Positions 1 to 14,609 of a stretch of DNA of 64,000 nt are shown here, piece by piece. The translations under genes and the position numbers were made by a program. The notes under the pieces are model-generated. The model searched no databases and had not been told where the DNA came from. It saw only the letters and a list, made by a program, of their open reading frames with translations. The stretch's first letter is position 1, and every line of letters starts with the position of its first letter. Source of the stretch: Eledone cirrhosa (taxonomy: Eukaryota); the NCBI GenBank assembly GCA_964016885.1, contig OZ024742.1:272490001-272554000 (forward strand), written 5' to 3'.

Positions 1-1320
1 TACATTCCATGATGAATTTTATTTCTTCGAGAGGATTGTTTATGATGGAATGGAATCTTTGAAGGTCTTCTTGGCTTCTATTCCAGAAGATGAAGCAGTT
101 GTCTAGGTAGCGTTTCCAGTCGTGATTAATGTAGGTGACGATGTCATGACTGAATGTTTCCTGCAGTTTGGAATGTAATTTTGCCTCCAGGTGGCCCATA
201 ACGAGTGTTGCATATGCTGGATTCACTTTGGTACCCATGGCCGTTCCTTTTATTTGTAAATATAGTTCGTTATCAAAAAAGAAGTGGTTGTTCTCCAGTA
301 CTAGTTTGAGTCCTTCCAAAATAAACTGTTGGGGGAATCTCTCTGAAATGTTGTCTGGATGTTTTGTAATCCAGAAGTCAACAGTTTCATCTCCTAAGTC
401 GTGTGGGATGTTAGTGTATAAGCTTGTTACGTTAAAGCTGACTAAGATTGTTTCTTGGTGTACTTTCTGGTGATATAGTACAGGAATTCCATATCATATC
501 TGATGAAGCTTGGCACTTTTTCACATAAGGGTTTCAGCATGATGTCTAATAGGTGTCTAGACGTTGTGTGCTTGAGGCTGGACCGGCAACAATTGGGCGT
601 AATTTTAAATTTGTCGGTTTTGGTACTTCAACATATGATGTATTTCTGCCTTTTATGTTGTTTTGGATATCACTGGATTTGTGAAACTTCGGTAAACCAT
701 AGAATTTGCTGGTTTTCATTTAGAAGTTGGTTAAGTAACTGATTTCCTTTAGTGTCAGGTTGTCTTTGGTACTTGGTCGTCAATTTGTTTGCCTACTTTA
801 ATCATCGATTCGCTTTCTTCGTTTTTGCTGATTTTTCTGTCAAATTTCTCATTATTCAGCTGTTCTAAGACCATATCTTTGTAGTGGTTTTTTGTCCATG
901 ATGATGATTGCTCCACCTTTGTCCGTTTCTTTTATGATTATTGAGGTGTCTTTTTGTAGTTTGTTTAGTGCTTGTAGTTGGTCTGTAGGGATGTTGTGTT
1001 TGCGTTTTGTCTCTGCATTATTTGACTGTGCTGATTTTTTGAAAGCTTCTCTTTCCACATTCAGTTCATTCCATTCTTTGAACGCATTTTGAACGGTGGA
1101 ATTCTGGTCGTGTGTAACTATTTCAGAGGGGGGAATTTGTTCTTCTTTCTGGCGGTCAGCAATTAGGGAATCGAGTTTCTCCCTATAGCTGCGTGTTTGT
1201 TGTTCCATTTCATACACGGCATTAGTAAGCGAGTCGTACTTACTGATCATTATGAAGAGTTTTTTCTGAGATCTGTAATATTGTCTCCGATTTGAGGTAT
1301 TCAGTAACAGATTTTGAACG
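1..1320 (-). mobile_element. Penelope-like element, decayed N-terminal and RT region (runs off the window start)
   Basis: Minus-strand translation gives IIIKETDKGGAIIIMD (ORF 852-1250), GTAMGTKVNPAYATLVMG (~200-250) and WKRYLDNCFIFW (~85-120), typical PLE RT motifs, broken by stops and frameshifts. Confidence 0.85.
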
Positions 1321-1469
1321 TGTGTTAGCTATTCTGTCGTGTAAAAATTGGTAGAATATTAGAAAATGTGTGAGATCCTTGGTACAGTTTAAAAAACGGA
1401 AAAGAATGACTTCACTTGTAGTGTTAAAACATTTATGATTTAAGGTTATAATATAATATTATAATATTA

Positions 1470-1605
1470 TACGGTCCTGACCATTCTGAGTTCAAATCCC
1501 GGCAAGGTTTACTTTGCCTTTCATCCTTCCGGGGTCGATAGAATAAAGTACCAGTAATGCAATGGGTAATTTCTGGCCTTGTGCCAAAAGTAGAAACAAT
1601 TATAA
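1470..1605 (+). mobile_element. tRNA-derived SINE, 5'-truncated (family also at 20225-20400 -, 52125-52250 +, 59975-60095 -)
   Basis: B-box-like GAGTTCAAATCC followed by TTTGCCTTTCATCCTTCCGGGGTCGATA..ATAAAGTACCAG. Four clearly homologous copies occur in the window. Confidence 0.75.
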
Positions 1606-1689
1606 TATTATATTCTTTAAAAGAATCTCATATTGAAAACGAAAAATATTTGTACTTTCAAACATTCGATCGCTGATGAGAAGAAAACC

Positions 1690-1857
1690 CTCAGATTTAC
1701 TTTTTCAGTTTCAGAAGATCCCGTTAAGGGGGAAAGCAGCGATTCTTTACTTAAACTTTAATCTTATATTTTAATAAATATTGGCTCTACGGTTCCTATA
1801 TATTTGATATATATTTATCCTTATCGAGCCTTTCTGGGATTTTAGTCTTCAAATTTA

Positions 1858-1870
<13 letters not shown>
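1690..1870 (+). mobile_element. Solo pseudo-LTR/3' end of PLE family A, carrying the CAGAAGA hammerhead-like fold (1707-1757)
   Basis: Homologous to 34040-34120, 40320-40470, 41790-41885, 52650-52720 and 62600-62770; ends in (TA)n. Confidence 0.7.
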
Positions 1871-1920
<50 letters not shown>

Positions 1921-1989
1921 GATAGTGTTGACGTGTGCCACTTCGCTGGTAAGTTTTTTGTTAATTTTGTATGCAAAAAACAGGAACAT

Positions 1990-4900
1990 TTTGTCAAAAA
2001 ATATATTGTTTCGTAGATTAAACCCCACGCTGAATTGTCAGCTGAGCGGTAATCTCAATTTTCGCCCCGCCGCGGCGAAAATGTTATTAAAAAATGTTTC
2101 CAAAGATTTAATATTTTTGCTATCGATAATCGCTAGCTTAGTAGAAGGAACGCTAATGGATGCTGACGAAGAAAGTAGAGAGAGAAAGGCAGAGAGTAAT
2201 GTTGCCGTAAATTCTGCCTACATAGGTGTCATTATGGAGACACATAGTGACAACAAAGTTTTGTTTTGCCAAGAAGCCGAAAAATGCAACTTACAAAATG
2301 GACCATACAGCTTACAACAGACATAAAAACACAAAAAATGAAACAATTGACACAACTACAAACGGAAAAACCGACAACTACACAACAAGATCAACAACAC
2401 CAAAAAGATAACATTTTTACAGAAACAGTCACAAATATTAATAATCTCAAACTCCGCATGTATTGGCGTCACCATGGAAGCCGATAAGAACAACAACAAT
2501 GAAAACAAGATTGAACCACACAGTGTACAACAGACACCAAAAACAACAGAATATAAAATGATTGAAACAACTACAAACGGAAAGACCGACAACCACAACA
2601 ACAACAATAACAACACCAACAAAATAACTTTTCCAGAAACATTCATCAAGAAACACAAGAGTTCAAGGATCTCGATATCTACAATGCGAGACAGATGCTC
2701 TCTGAAGCAAAGGAGTTTATCACTTTCGGTGAAAACGGTGGGTTTCAAATAAACCCACCCCCAGAAATTCGTCTTGATACATTTCGAAGAACAGTTACCT
2801 TCAGAACTGTTTCAAATGAAACAAAATTGAAGCAACATTGAAGGAGATATTGCCAAACATTGACTTTATGCAGAGGGCCAAATAGTACGGGAGTTTTTCG
2901 GTACTCCTCAAAAGCGAGGCCCTTGCACAAATATACTCACTGACACCAATACTGTCAAAAAAATACACCTTTTTCCCTACATACCTGGGAAAAAGGACAC
3001 AGAAAATCAGAATTGCAAACATACCACCAGATATTAATATTTGGTCGATATTGGCAGGATTTTTAGAGGAAGGAAAATACACCATTCTCTCAATCAAAAG
3101 GTCAACCAGACACACATGGTCTGGTACACATTTGGAGATTCTGGTGCAAATGAGCGCAGAGATAATCTCCAAAGTACCCGAAAAAGTGCTGGTGGACAAC
3201 AACAGCAACATAAGCAATTTGGTTGAAGGAAGAAAACCACACTGATTTCGATGTAACAGCACAGCACATCTAAAGGCCTCCTGCCCTTTACAGACACATT
3301 TACCCCCCCCCCCCACACACACACACACATACTCTTACCAACTGTTACATACTGTTACCAACACCAACTACAAAACAAGCAACACTACAACAACAACACA
3401 CAAAACAAGCAAACGCACCAAAACAAACACCCACTCAATCAACAACAGCAAGAAAAACAAACAACTACCCTGAAGAATACAGTCCAACCCCATCACACTC
3501 CATCCAACACTGCCACAAACACACACAGACAAACCATCACCACACCACACACCCCTACCGCAAGCTCCTGATGACGAATCATCGTCAGACGAGGTTATTT
3601 CTTCATCTCCAAGTGAAGATGAAGGACAGCATCGAAAATTAAAAACCCCAAAAAGGTACCACAAAGCCACGAAAACAAAGATCAGCAATACCAACACACA
3701 AACACCGACACAAACAACAACACAAAAACGCGACAATCAACCCCCCCCCCTCACACACACACATACACTACCAGCAAAACAAACACCAACACAACCCCAA
3801 GCACAAGCACCCACCATAAAAAGAAAACTCCCGGACGAACAACAAACTAAGAAAACATAACAAAAACACAAATGACAGTACGCATATACCAACACAAACA
3901 ACAAGAGTTTGATGGAGGTCATATCCAGAAACCCCAAGGTGGAGACGGAGTGCGAAACTTTCTTTAAAGCAGAATCGTCTCCATACCTCAAGCTAATATT
4001 GATTTCGATGGAAAGATATAGCGAACTAAAAACAAACTTTTCGCAGGACGTGGACAACCCCTGTCAAAAACCCATAAACCGCGTCCTGTTAATATGTTTC
4101 CCCACCCACACAACACCCGCACCAGCACCCAAATCGAGATTGAACAACACGATTTCCAGGAAACGAAAAGGTAACTGCACCTTTTCGTCCGTTTTCGCAA
4201 ACTCTTCTCCACCAACATAACTAATTTACGAGTTGAAAGCCTGAATATGCGTAGCCTAGGGATGCCCTGGAAACAAGGCCAACATTTAAACGATCTAGGT
4301 TACACGGTATGGATGTGATAGCCATCACCGAGTCCAGGATCCACAACAGGAAGCAACTAACTCCCATCTTCAATGACTTTGAGATCTACGCATCTCTATG
4401 TCAGCCAGGAGGTGGAGGGGGAGTGGCTATCATGTTTCGGAAAAACCTGTACATTCGAAGTACAGCAAGTACACTTGGACCTGGAGGGTAGAATGGTAGT
4501 CCTGAACAGTGTTGGAGGTGGAGCTTTCAGACTGGTGGCCGTTTATGCCCCGACTGGGCAATTGCGGGCCAGACATCTTTAAGCGTCTAGAGTATTTTCT
4601 TGGAACGCCTCGCTCCTCGCTTTTAGTGGGGGACTGGAATGGAATCCTAGAGGCATGATGAGACTATGTAGGATAATTTTCGAGTAGAGTGGGGTGCAAC
4701 AGCCTCATAAATGTAATCAGTCAATTCCAACTGGCCGATAGGTATCGACTATATTTCCCGACTGCACTGCAGTGGACGTGGACAAATCCCAGCGGGGCAT
4801 CTAGATCGTATTTAGACAGGTTCTTTTTTAGAGAGAGAGAGACAAGAAGATGCTAAGCTGTTCACAAATGCACATCGTTGCCTATTTAGACCACAAACTA

Positions 4901-7860
4901 GTTATCTGCATAGCCAACCGTGATAGAATACATAGATAAGGACCCGGACACTGGAAGCTGAACGTGTCGCTATCGACACGTAAAGCCTACAGTGAACGGA
5001 TAAGTAGAGTAGTTGAGCAACAACTGACGGGAGCCATTGTCAAGAACAAATGGTGGTACTCCCTTAAGTAAGCAATTAGAGTAGAGTCGATAGACATTAG
5101 TAGAGAGTTAGCCTCAGAGAGAAACAAAAAAGAAACGGAACTAGAAGCCTATTTAAATGAGGCGCTTAGGAGTAGCAACGTAGCTAGAGTGCTAGCAACG
5201 AGAACGGCGCTGGACCGGTTCTTCGACGCGAAACACGAAAGCTTCGTGGTCAGAAGCAACTCAGGTGCTCTTGGAAATGAGGGAGCGAAAACTGCTAGCT
5301 CGGCCCGAGTGGCAGAGGCGAAAAGTGGCAATAAGTCCGCGAATCGGTCTTTGAAAGACTAAAACGGGCGCGTGCTACTTGACCCCAAGCGGATGTGCGC
5401 GGTCTTCCGCGGTACTTTGCGCAACTGTTCGGGCAGAGAGGCAGTGCGTCGAATGGGGAAATGGACTTAAGTTCATACCTCGAAGGCCTGCCGCGTCTCT
5501 TGGACATGGAAGGCAAGTTCTGCGAAAGACCGATCACATCCACTGAAATACGGGACGCTCTGGGCCGCTACGAGAAACGCAAATCACCCGCTCTAGATGG
5601 TCTACCCTATGAATTTACGTAGGCATGCTGGACTGGTTCTCTGGCTTCCTCGAGGCTGTCTACTGCAACTGGCAGTAGAACGGGAGAATTCCCAGTTCTG
5701 CAGACGGGGGCGTAGTAACGCTGATCAGGAAAAACGAGAACAAGGGAGACAAACTAAGCAACTTGAGGCCCATAACTCTGCTCAACACAGAGTTAAAGAT
5801 TTTGGCCAAGGTGTTGGCAACGAGATTGGCGCTTGTCGTCGAGAACCTGGTATGGAAAGCGCAAATGAGTGCAATCCCGACCTGGTCCATAGACGACAAC
5901 CTCCACCTCATGCGATATATCATAGAGAGGGTGGGGTGTAAATGCTGCGTTTGTGGGGCTCTGGTCAATTTAGATCAATCTAAGGCGTTCGATAGAGTTG
6001 ACCATCGATACTTGGAAGGGGTTCTCAAGGCGGCCGGTTTCGGACCCGTCTTCAGAGGCTGGATTGCCGCAATGTACACCAGCATCTGCTCGATGGTCAA
6101 GGTGGGTGAACGGCTACCTATCGGAGTCGTTCGCAATCACTCGTTCCATCCGACAGGGATGCCCTCTCTCCTCCATTCTGTAAGTACTGACTCTAGGGCC
6201 ACTGCTGCCGAAGTTGGAGCTGTTGCAAGGCATTCCTTTGGAACCGGGACACCGGAGAGCGGCGTCGGCTTATCGCGGCGACGTGACGGTAATGGTGTCG
6301 GAAGCCTCCGAAATCGGCAACTTACTGCAGAAATACGAAAGTCTCACAGGAGCAAACTTGAACCCGAACAAGTCTGTCGGTTTGCAACTCGGAACGTGGA
6401 GAGGCACACCAATGACGTCAGACAGCATCGTCGGAATCTGGACGGTCGCAGAGGCGAAAATGCTCGGGGTCTAGTTGGGTCCGGATCTCCATGTGAAGAA
6501 AAACTGGAGCGAGGTCACGGCCAAAGTATTTGCGGTGACCCAGAAGTGGGCAGAGTGCAAACTATCCTTGAAAGTTCGAGTGGAGTTGGCGAACACTTTC
6601 ATAGCGTCCGTCATCTACTGCCGCTTGACCGTCGTGCCTTGTCGCGGTGAACCCCTCACCTTCTTTAGAAGAAGAAGGCTCCTTCCTTTGGAAGAAGCAG
6701 GCTCCACTGGTGAGGAGTTCCGTCTGCTGTCAGCACCCTTCCAACGGAGGGCTGGGAATGCGGTAGCCGATGATGCGCAAGCATGCGCTCAGGCTGCGGC
6801 ATCTACAGGTATTCCTCACCAACCCCCAACCGGTGTGGGAAACCGTTTGTAAGACAGGCCATCCCGCAACTTGCCTCGCAGACGGAGCTGCAGTCATGGG
6901 TCAAGCAGAGACCGAAGAAGATGGGCGCCTGGCACATTGAATGCGCCAGGTGCTCACAGTCCTCTGTCAAGCGGGCACGGCAATCAGTGGAGATTCCACT
7001 TCGACATTCTATAGAGGGTTAGTACGTCACAAGGGCGACGATGTGCTCGGGGAGACTCTAGGCGTCGAAGACGACGAACTCACAAGTCTGTTTGGTAGGA
7101 CTATCCGCCAGGGACCTATGGACAACTTCCAGAGGTTCCTGGCCTGGCAGTTCAACCGAGGAGCTCGACCAGTTCGTGACAAGATCTTCAGGCACGGACG
7201 CTCCGGCAGGGATCCTTCCAGGAGGAGGTGTCCAAGATGCGCGCAGGACATTGAAACCATCCTGCACGAAATTGTACACTGCCCGGGCGTTACCGACCTG
7301 TGGAACTACGCCGAACAACTGCTGTCGCGTATGGGGCAAATTCAGTTGACTGCCGAGTCCATACTATAGATCAAACCGCCAGTTTCAAAAACGAAAGATA
7401 GGCGGTTTTCCTCTGTATAGTGGCTATGGTGAAAGTGGTTATATGTTGGACGAGATTGAGAGGACTGAGGACAGATGCCTTTCTCTCCGGACAGCAACTC
7501 ATTCTCTTCTTTAGATACCATTTAGAAGGAGAATCAGAGTGGAGAGAGGGGCACTGCACCACAGTAAATTTACTGAAAAGTGGGTGAATGTGGCAAAAAT
7601 GACCCTAGTGATTAGACATGTAGGTTGAAGAAGAGAGCAAAAGGAAGAAAGGAGCACTTGCACAACACGCTCCTGAAGTTGAGTATTGTTCTATCGAATG
7701 GGGTATTAAACAACCCATTTGTGGCGCCTCACTCTATTGGGGATTTAGATTGTTATAATCGTTTGTTTTATATTTTTTTACACGATTGTATGTAAAATCC
7801 CCGGCATGTCTTTCTTTCGTCCCCTTTTCTTGTGCGCCCTTGTGGCTAATAAAGAAATCT
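1990..7860 (+). mobile_element. L1/Tx1-clade non-LTR retrotransposon, near full length, decayed
   Basis: ORF1 remnant with a zinc knuckle (~2630-3300). ORF2 has APE motifs (DVIAITE, FRLVAVYAP, GDWN, SYLDRF, DHKLV), RT motifs (KSPALDGLPYEF, RPITLLNTELKILAK, LDQSKAFDRVDH, SIRQGCPLS) and a C-terminal CPRC..ETILH..HC. AATAAA at ~7848 precedes (TA)n. Confidence 0.9.
4220..7620 (+). pseudogene. Tx1/L1 ORF2 (APE endonuclease, reverse transcriptase, CCHC), frameshifted
   Basis: Consecutive ORF fragments 4309-4582, 5395-5622, 5763-6183, 6214-6852 and 6941-7369 carry the motifs in the expected order. Confidence 0.9.
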
Positions 7861-7869
7861 ATCTATCTC

Positions 7870-8020
<151 letters not shown>

Positions 8021-8029
8021 TAAATGGAA

Positions 8030-10000
8030 ACTATCTTTGTATTTAGACTGTAGGTAAATTTAAATAATTATTAGGATAATTTTTTAAGGCAAGAGAGAGA
8101 TGTTAATATTAATATTAGGGTGTAAGAAAATTTAAGGAAAGGATATAAGAAAAAAGTACATTATAGTTAGAAAAGGACTATTATTATTAATATATAATTG
8201 GATGGATCGTATTATTGATGGTGTAAAGAAAGTGAAATAATTATATTTATTTATTTAATTATAAAATTATATATGTTAGTAGTATCTATAAAATTATATG
8301 AGAACTGTAACTGTGTTCAAGTGGTAGAATACCATTTTTAAAATTTGAGAGATACTACTAATGTTGGGTCTATTCTAATCGTGAATTTTAATATTATATA
8401 GATAATATCTATAAGTGTATTTTATGAAGAATTAGGTTTGTAACTATATTTTATTTGCATAAATATTTATATAAATAATTTTGGTGATTATATATGTTGT
8501 TTTTATTAATAGATAGGTAATTTAAATATATAATACCTAAATAATTTCGATGAATAACTTGTTTATGTTTTCAATATATATTTAAGAAAATGGAAGTAGT
8601 TCTATTTTATCATAGAATATTATTTTGTACATATTATAGTTCAATCAAGATAGGAATACATTTACAAAATTTACGAAGTTAACGAAATTATACAGAAAAA
8701 ATAATATTTATGTAAAGTTTAGTTGTTACTTAGAAGAAATGTTTAAGAGTGTTTCATTATAAAGAAAAAGATAACTCCAATATTTCTTAGTTAAAATTGT
8801 TAAGTTACATTTGTCGTTTAATGCATAATTTACTTTATAAACATATTCAATGAAGATATATTCAAAATATTTGTAGAAAAATGTTATATATGATTTTAAA
8901 GTAACCAATATTACATATTTTCTAAGATAAAATTATTTTATATATGTATTTAGATAGCATTCCTTATATCTATGCATATGTTAATGTCTATACAGTCTAT
9001 AAGGAAGAAACATTACATACATCAAAAGTATATTCAGAAACATTATTAAAACCATCAACAAAAAAGATATATTTCAAAATATCATTTCAAAAACATTTAA
9101 AAAGAATATCATTAAAAAAAATATAATTTAAAAAGAAAAATATAATTTAAAAGAAACCTCACAAAACATCAATAAAGCATAGTGAAGACATATAACATGT
9201 AAACAAGTGAGATATAAATAATATTTTCTAATGATTGTAGATACTTCTGAACGTTTTGGTTTGGCGATGTCTACAAGAGATGAATAATTCTTTCTTTTTA
9301 TCAATAGACTTTTGATTAGTAAGTATATGAAATATTTCCTCAATACACAAATGACAAATTCTTGAGAGAGCCATATTTCGATATGCGGGCGCTTTCGAAA
9401 TCGTTCCCCAAGAGATTGAATAGTCAATATTATTATCTTTTAAGAACCAATTTAGATGTGAAAGTGATTTTGACAATTTTTTCTCTGATCTATTAAATGT
9501 ATGTTTGTAATTTATATCAGCGTTCCTTAAATTTTGTAGAAGTAGCACCTATATAGCTATATATTTTATATCTAGTTTTTACTATGCATTTATATATAAG
9601 TTTTTATCTAGACGATTATTCTGTAAAGGGCAATTTACTTCGTTTCTACAGTTACATTTTCTAGATGTGTTGCCTATAGGAACGGTACGATTATTATTAG
9701 TATTAATAATGTTATTAGTAATATTAATATCGTTATTTTGCTTTATTTGGGTTGGGTTTAATTTTAAGTTTCTATTATTAATTCTATTAATATCATGTGC
9801 TATGTTCATAGTAGTAGAGTAAGGTAGTTTTATAGTATATCTGTTAAAAATAGAGTGGTATCTATGGGAAACACTTATTTAATGCTTTGAAAAATATGTT
9901 TGCTACAGGTGTTTTAACTCCTGATGAGATTGGGGGAGAGTAGCAAGTAATATTTCTAATGCTAGTTCTTTTGTTTAATTTAGTATGTATGTTAAATTGC
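8030..10000 (-). mobile_element. Penelope-like element, 3' half (linker, GIY-YIG endonuclease remnant, AT-rich 3' UTR)
   Basis: CNCRNEVNCPLQN..LYI (9582-9809), NYKHTFN..LSKSLSHLNWFLKDNNIDYSISW and CHLCIEE (9228-9548): the PLE Cys-rich linker and GIY-YIG C-terminal motifs. Confidence 0.85.
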
Positions 10001-10030
10001 TTATTATTATTATTATTATTATTGTTGTTA

Positions 10031-13000
10031 TTCCTTGAATCTCAGTCATTGATGTTGGTTAACTGGAAAGTCCGTTGGAATGAATATCAAGACACTACCT
10101 GCAGCCTCAGATATTCAGGACGGAGGGTTCTTGCTGTTCCAAGCAAGCATGCCATTTGAAGCGTTCCAAAAAGCGTGACGGGGCCGATTTTCTTTAACCA
10201 TCCCTGGAAACTTTTGGAGATAGTCCCCAGTGCGCCTATGACAATCGGGATCACTTTGACTTCATGGCAGTTCCAAATCCTTTTCACCTCCCACTTTAGG
10301 TCCTGGTATCGGTTAATTTTCTCCCTCTCCTTCTCTTGCACTCTCGTGTCGAAAGGGCAGGTCACATCCACAATCAGACACGATCTTTTTTCTTTGTCCA
10401 CAACCACCAGGTCAGGTCTATTGTGTTCCAGTTTTTTGTCCGTCTGTATCCTAAAATCCCACAGCACCTTCACCTGATTGTTCTCCATCACCGCCTCTGG
10501 CCTATGCTAAAACCATTTCTCAGAATGTGGTAAATTGTTTACTTTGCACAGGTGCCAGTGGATCACCCTGCCCATCACATCGTGTCTCCAGCCCTTATAG
10601 TGGGTCTGGGCTAGGTGTTTACACTCGGACACAATGTGAGCCACAGTCGCCTCTCTCTCTCTCCACAGATCCTGCATAGTGGGCTAGCCTCCTCCTTGCA
10701 AATATGGTGCTTCAACCACTTCGTTTTGAGGGCCTGCTCCTGCGCAGCCATTAGCATTCCTTCTGTAGCCTTTTTGAGGTCTCCTCTTCTCAACCAGTTC
10801 CATGTCTGTGGATCTCTAAATTCAGTTTTCTCAAAGAAGGTACTATGAAGGGATTTTCCCTTAAGGCTGCTCTTCCTCCTTGATGTTATTTCCTCCTTGG
10901 ACATCCCCTGGCCTACTGTCCCCTCCTTCAGTACAGTTCTGAGCATTGGCTCCTTACTATAGGTCACGTATGTGTATAGGTTGTTTTTCTCCATCTGAAC
11001 ACAGTCCTCTATGCTGATAAGACCTCTTCCACCCTCAGATCTCCTTAGGTAGAGTCTATCGACATCACTCCTCTTGTGGAACATGTTGTAGATAGTCAAT
11101 AGCTTCCTAGTCTTCCTATCCATTTCTTTTTGTTCAGCAACATTCCATCTCAGAATTCTCGCACTGTACCTAATAATAGACACAGCTCGGGAATTTACTG
11201 CGCTGATGGCATTTCTGCTGTTCAGATGTGACTTCAATACGCTCCTTACTCTCCGAATGTATTCAGTTCTTAACAATTCCTTCATTTTTTTGTTCTTTAT
11301 GCCATCAGCCTCCAGAACGCCCAAATACTTGTATCCTTCCTCAGAGTCAATTTCCTTTATCATCTCACCTGTTGGTATCTGGATCCCGTTACTTCTGCTC
11401 AACCTACCCCTCTTCATCACAATGACTCCACATTTACTAATACCAAACTGCATACATATATCAATGCTGAAAATACGGACAGTGTCAACAAGCACATCCA
11501 ACTCCTTCTCACTTTTCCCGAAGAGCTTAAGATCGTCCGTGAAGAGGAGGTGATTGATGGTAAGCTCTCCCTTTCCCAACTTGTATCCTGCTCTCACTTT
11601 TCGCAGCATAATGGTCAAGGGCATCAGGGCAAGGACAAACAACAGAGGGGACAGGCTATCTCCCTGGAAGATACCTCTCTTGATCTTCACGCTTCCCAAG
11701 GATACTCCAGTTGATGTCAACTCTGTCTCCCAGGACCCCATACTCCTGCCCAGCAACCGTCTGATGTTATCTGCCACCCTGAAGATCTCGAGGCTTTTGG
11801 TGATCCAAGAATGAGGCACCATGTCAAATGCCTTTCTGTAGTCTATCTATCCCATGGCAAGATCAGTGTGTCTCCTCCTGCAATTCCCCATTACCATCTT
11901 ATCAATAAGTAACTGGTCCTTTGTACCACGTGACTTCTTTCGGCATCCTTTCTGTTCGTCCGGTAACAAGTTGTTTGTGTGGAGGTGATGGTAGATTTCC
12001 TCAGACACAATGCTCGTCAACAGTTTCCACATTACGGACAGACATGTGATAGGTCTATAGTTGGTAACATCATTACCCTTGATTCGGTCTTTCATTATCA
12101 GAATTGTGGTACCTTTTGTCAACCACTCTGGCACCTCACCCGACACCAAGCAGTCATTGAACATGGCCATCAGCTTCGGGTGGAGGGATGTTAAATTTTT
12201 AATCCAATACCCCTGCACACCATCTGGGCCTGGTGATTTCCAGTTGGTTAGTTTTTTGGCCTGCCCCTTAAGAGTTTCAACTGTGATACTCAAATCAGTT
12301 TGTTGGTGTGCCTGCTCACCGATCTCCCTCTGTACTGTCTCAATCCACCATGCCTGGACATTATATCTAACATCCTGCTCCCATATTCCTCTCCAGAATG
12401 TTTTAGTTTGCTCCGCCCCAGGGATCAAGTCGTTGCCTCTTTCTTTCCCCTCAAGCTGTCCAAACAGCATCTTCTTGTTGTTGTCGAACATGCGGTTCTG
12501 TTTATACTGACTGACTCTGTTCTCGTATCGCCTGATTTTTGCACTCTTTGCTACAATGCGTTGCTTCAGTTCCTCTATGATAATATTTAGCTTTTACCTC
12601 CTAGTTTTGTACTTTATTTCCAGTCTATTTTTAGTGCCTATGTTTTTTAGTGTCCCATTCAGTAGTGACTCAAACTTTCCTATGTCATTTCTCATTTCCC
12701 CGATTTGACCACTCAGTCGTTTCTTCCACCACGGCTCTGCTCTTTCTTGTCTGTTGTTTCCTCTCGCTTTTATACCAAGTAGTTTCCTCACCGTATTTGC
12801 TGTTGCTTTGAGGATATTGTTGCACTGGTGAAGGCTCCTCGCCTCAAGGTATGGGATGACTTTGTTTACCTTAGCTGTTGTTTCTTTTAACTTTTTCCTG
12901 TCTACAAATCTTAGGTTCATAGGTCTCCCACTATCATTGTTCAATTCATCTACCACTAAATTTAGCATGTCAACCGAATCTTATCCTAGCCCGTCAGCAT

Positions 13001-14553
13001 TCATCTCCTCAGTGGCCGTATCTCTGTTCCAGGTATTATTTATCTCAGTATTCAGATCATTGTCTGCTTCGGGTAGTTCCTCCGTTCTCAGGACCTCTTC
13101 ACCTTCATTTCCCACTGGTTCGCTTGTCTGGCATACTACACCCGCCATCTCCGAGCCATTCTCTCTGCTCAGTTCCTCCAGTTCCAGCTCGCTTATCCAC
13201 CCATTATTTCTTATTACCCGAGCCTGCCCGGCCAATTTTTGTTCATCTAATTTAAATAGACCAATCTCGTTCCAGATGTTATGCATCCGTCTCCTGTAGC
13301 CCCTCTCCTTGGGGTTACTTTTCAGGTAACATTGCATAACAGTTCTATTCAATTCTTTAGTCCAGTTGGTTCTGGCCCCTTTCCTTCTTCTCCTTCCTCC
13401 AACATCAGCAGTATTTGGTTGACAGTCAGGTTCCTGCTGCTGAGCCAGGGGGCACCTGTTGGGTGAGAGTCTGTCACATGACGTTCTAGTCTCCATTTCA
13501 CCGTTATTCGAACTGTTTATGTTCGATATTTAAACACTCTAATCGAGGATTGGCGAATGTATGGTTACATAGCCATCTGTGGATTCGCCGTTCCACTTGG
13601 CCCTTGTGTGGAATTATCACCAGGCTGTATACGAACACACATAAACAAACAAACACACAGGCAGAAAAAGCCCCAAAAATGAATAAGCATAAGTTTCATT
13701 GTAATGTAGTGTTCGAATGTCTGACTTAGTTTTTGTTTTTTTAGTTTTAGTTTTTCCCCCCTCTTCTCTGTCCGTCCGCCTGCTTCTCTCTTCATTCTTA
13801 TTTTCTTTACGTTTTTTGTTTTTGTTTTTCTCTGTTTGTTTTTCTCGTTTTTTGCTGTTGTTGCTGTGCTGCTTTGGTTTTGTTGTTTGTTTTTTCTTTT
13901 TTCTTTTGCGTCTATCTATATATTTATTTTGATGCCTTCCTCTTTTTTAGTAGTAGGAATTCTATAATGTGGTGGCAGCAGCCAGCTGTGAGAAGTTGAG
14001 GACTGGCGGCGGTAGCGATACTGAGACAGTGGTGGTGGTGATGTCGATACCGAGGCAGTGGTGGTGGCGATGTGATCGTATTACTGTGGTGATGGTGTTG
14101 TAGCGGTGGTAGCAGTGAAGGAGTGAAGGAGTGGTGATGGGATAGTGGTGGTAATGATGGCAGTAGTGAGCGGTGGTGGTGAAATTGCCGTTATCTGGCT
14201 GTTGTGTTTAGTGTACACAGGTGATGAGGTGGGTGGTGTATCTAGTTTCTGGTGTTGGTGAGTTTGGCTCTTCTATATAGTGTAGACAGAGGAGAGGAGG
14301 GGGGGGGCGTTCTTCTTCCATTTATAGCCATTTTCTTTTTTGGATATACAGTGTACAATACAAAGTTGAATATTTGAATATTTGAGCCTTATAACAATAT
14401 ATTTTGGGTCCGAATTTTTTGGGGCTCAAGCCAGGTTCTTTACGTAGCATTTGTACTAAGAGTTGTTATTTCACAAATGATTTAAATATGTTAAAAATTC
14501 AAAACTTACGGGAGCGATTTCATGACCTCCGCCACCTCGTGCGTCTTCTTCCC
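10031..14553 (-). mobile_element. R4/Dong-clade non-LTR retrotransposon (RT, CCHC, restriction-like endonuclease), probably full length with a ~1 kb 5' UTR, flanked by (TAA)n
   Basis: ORF pieces 13496 to 10087 carry KSPGPDG, NYRPITCL, EQKGC, GIFQGDSLSPLLF, HLLFTDDLKLF, CRICG and RPDLVVVDK..IVDVTCPFD..EREKINRYQDL. (TTA)n tracts lie at ~10001-10030 and 14554-14609. Confidence 0.9.

Positions 14554-14609
<56 letters not shown>

Noticed and set aside
1671-1695. CTGATGA followed closely by GAAA
   Set aside because: No stem II, III or I can be formed; likely a chance match.
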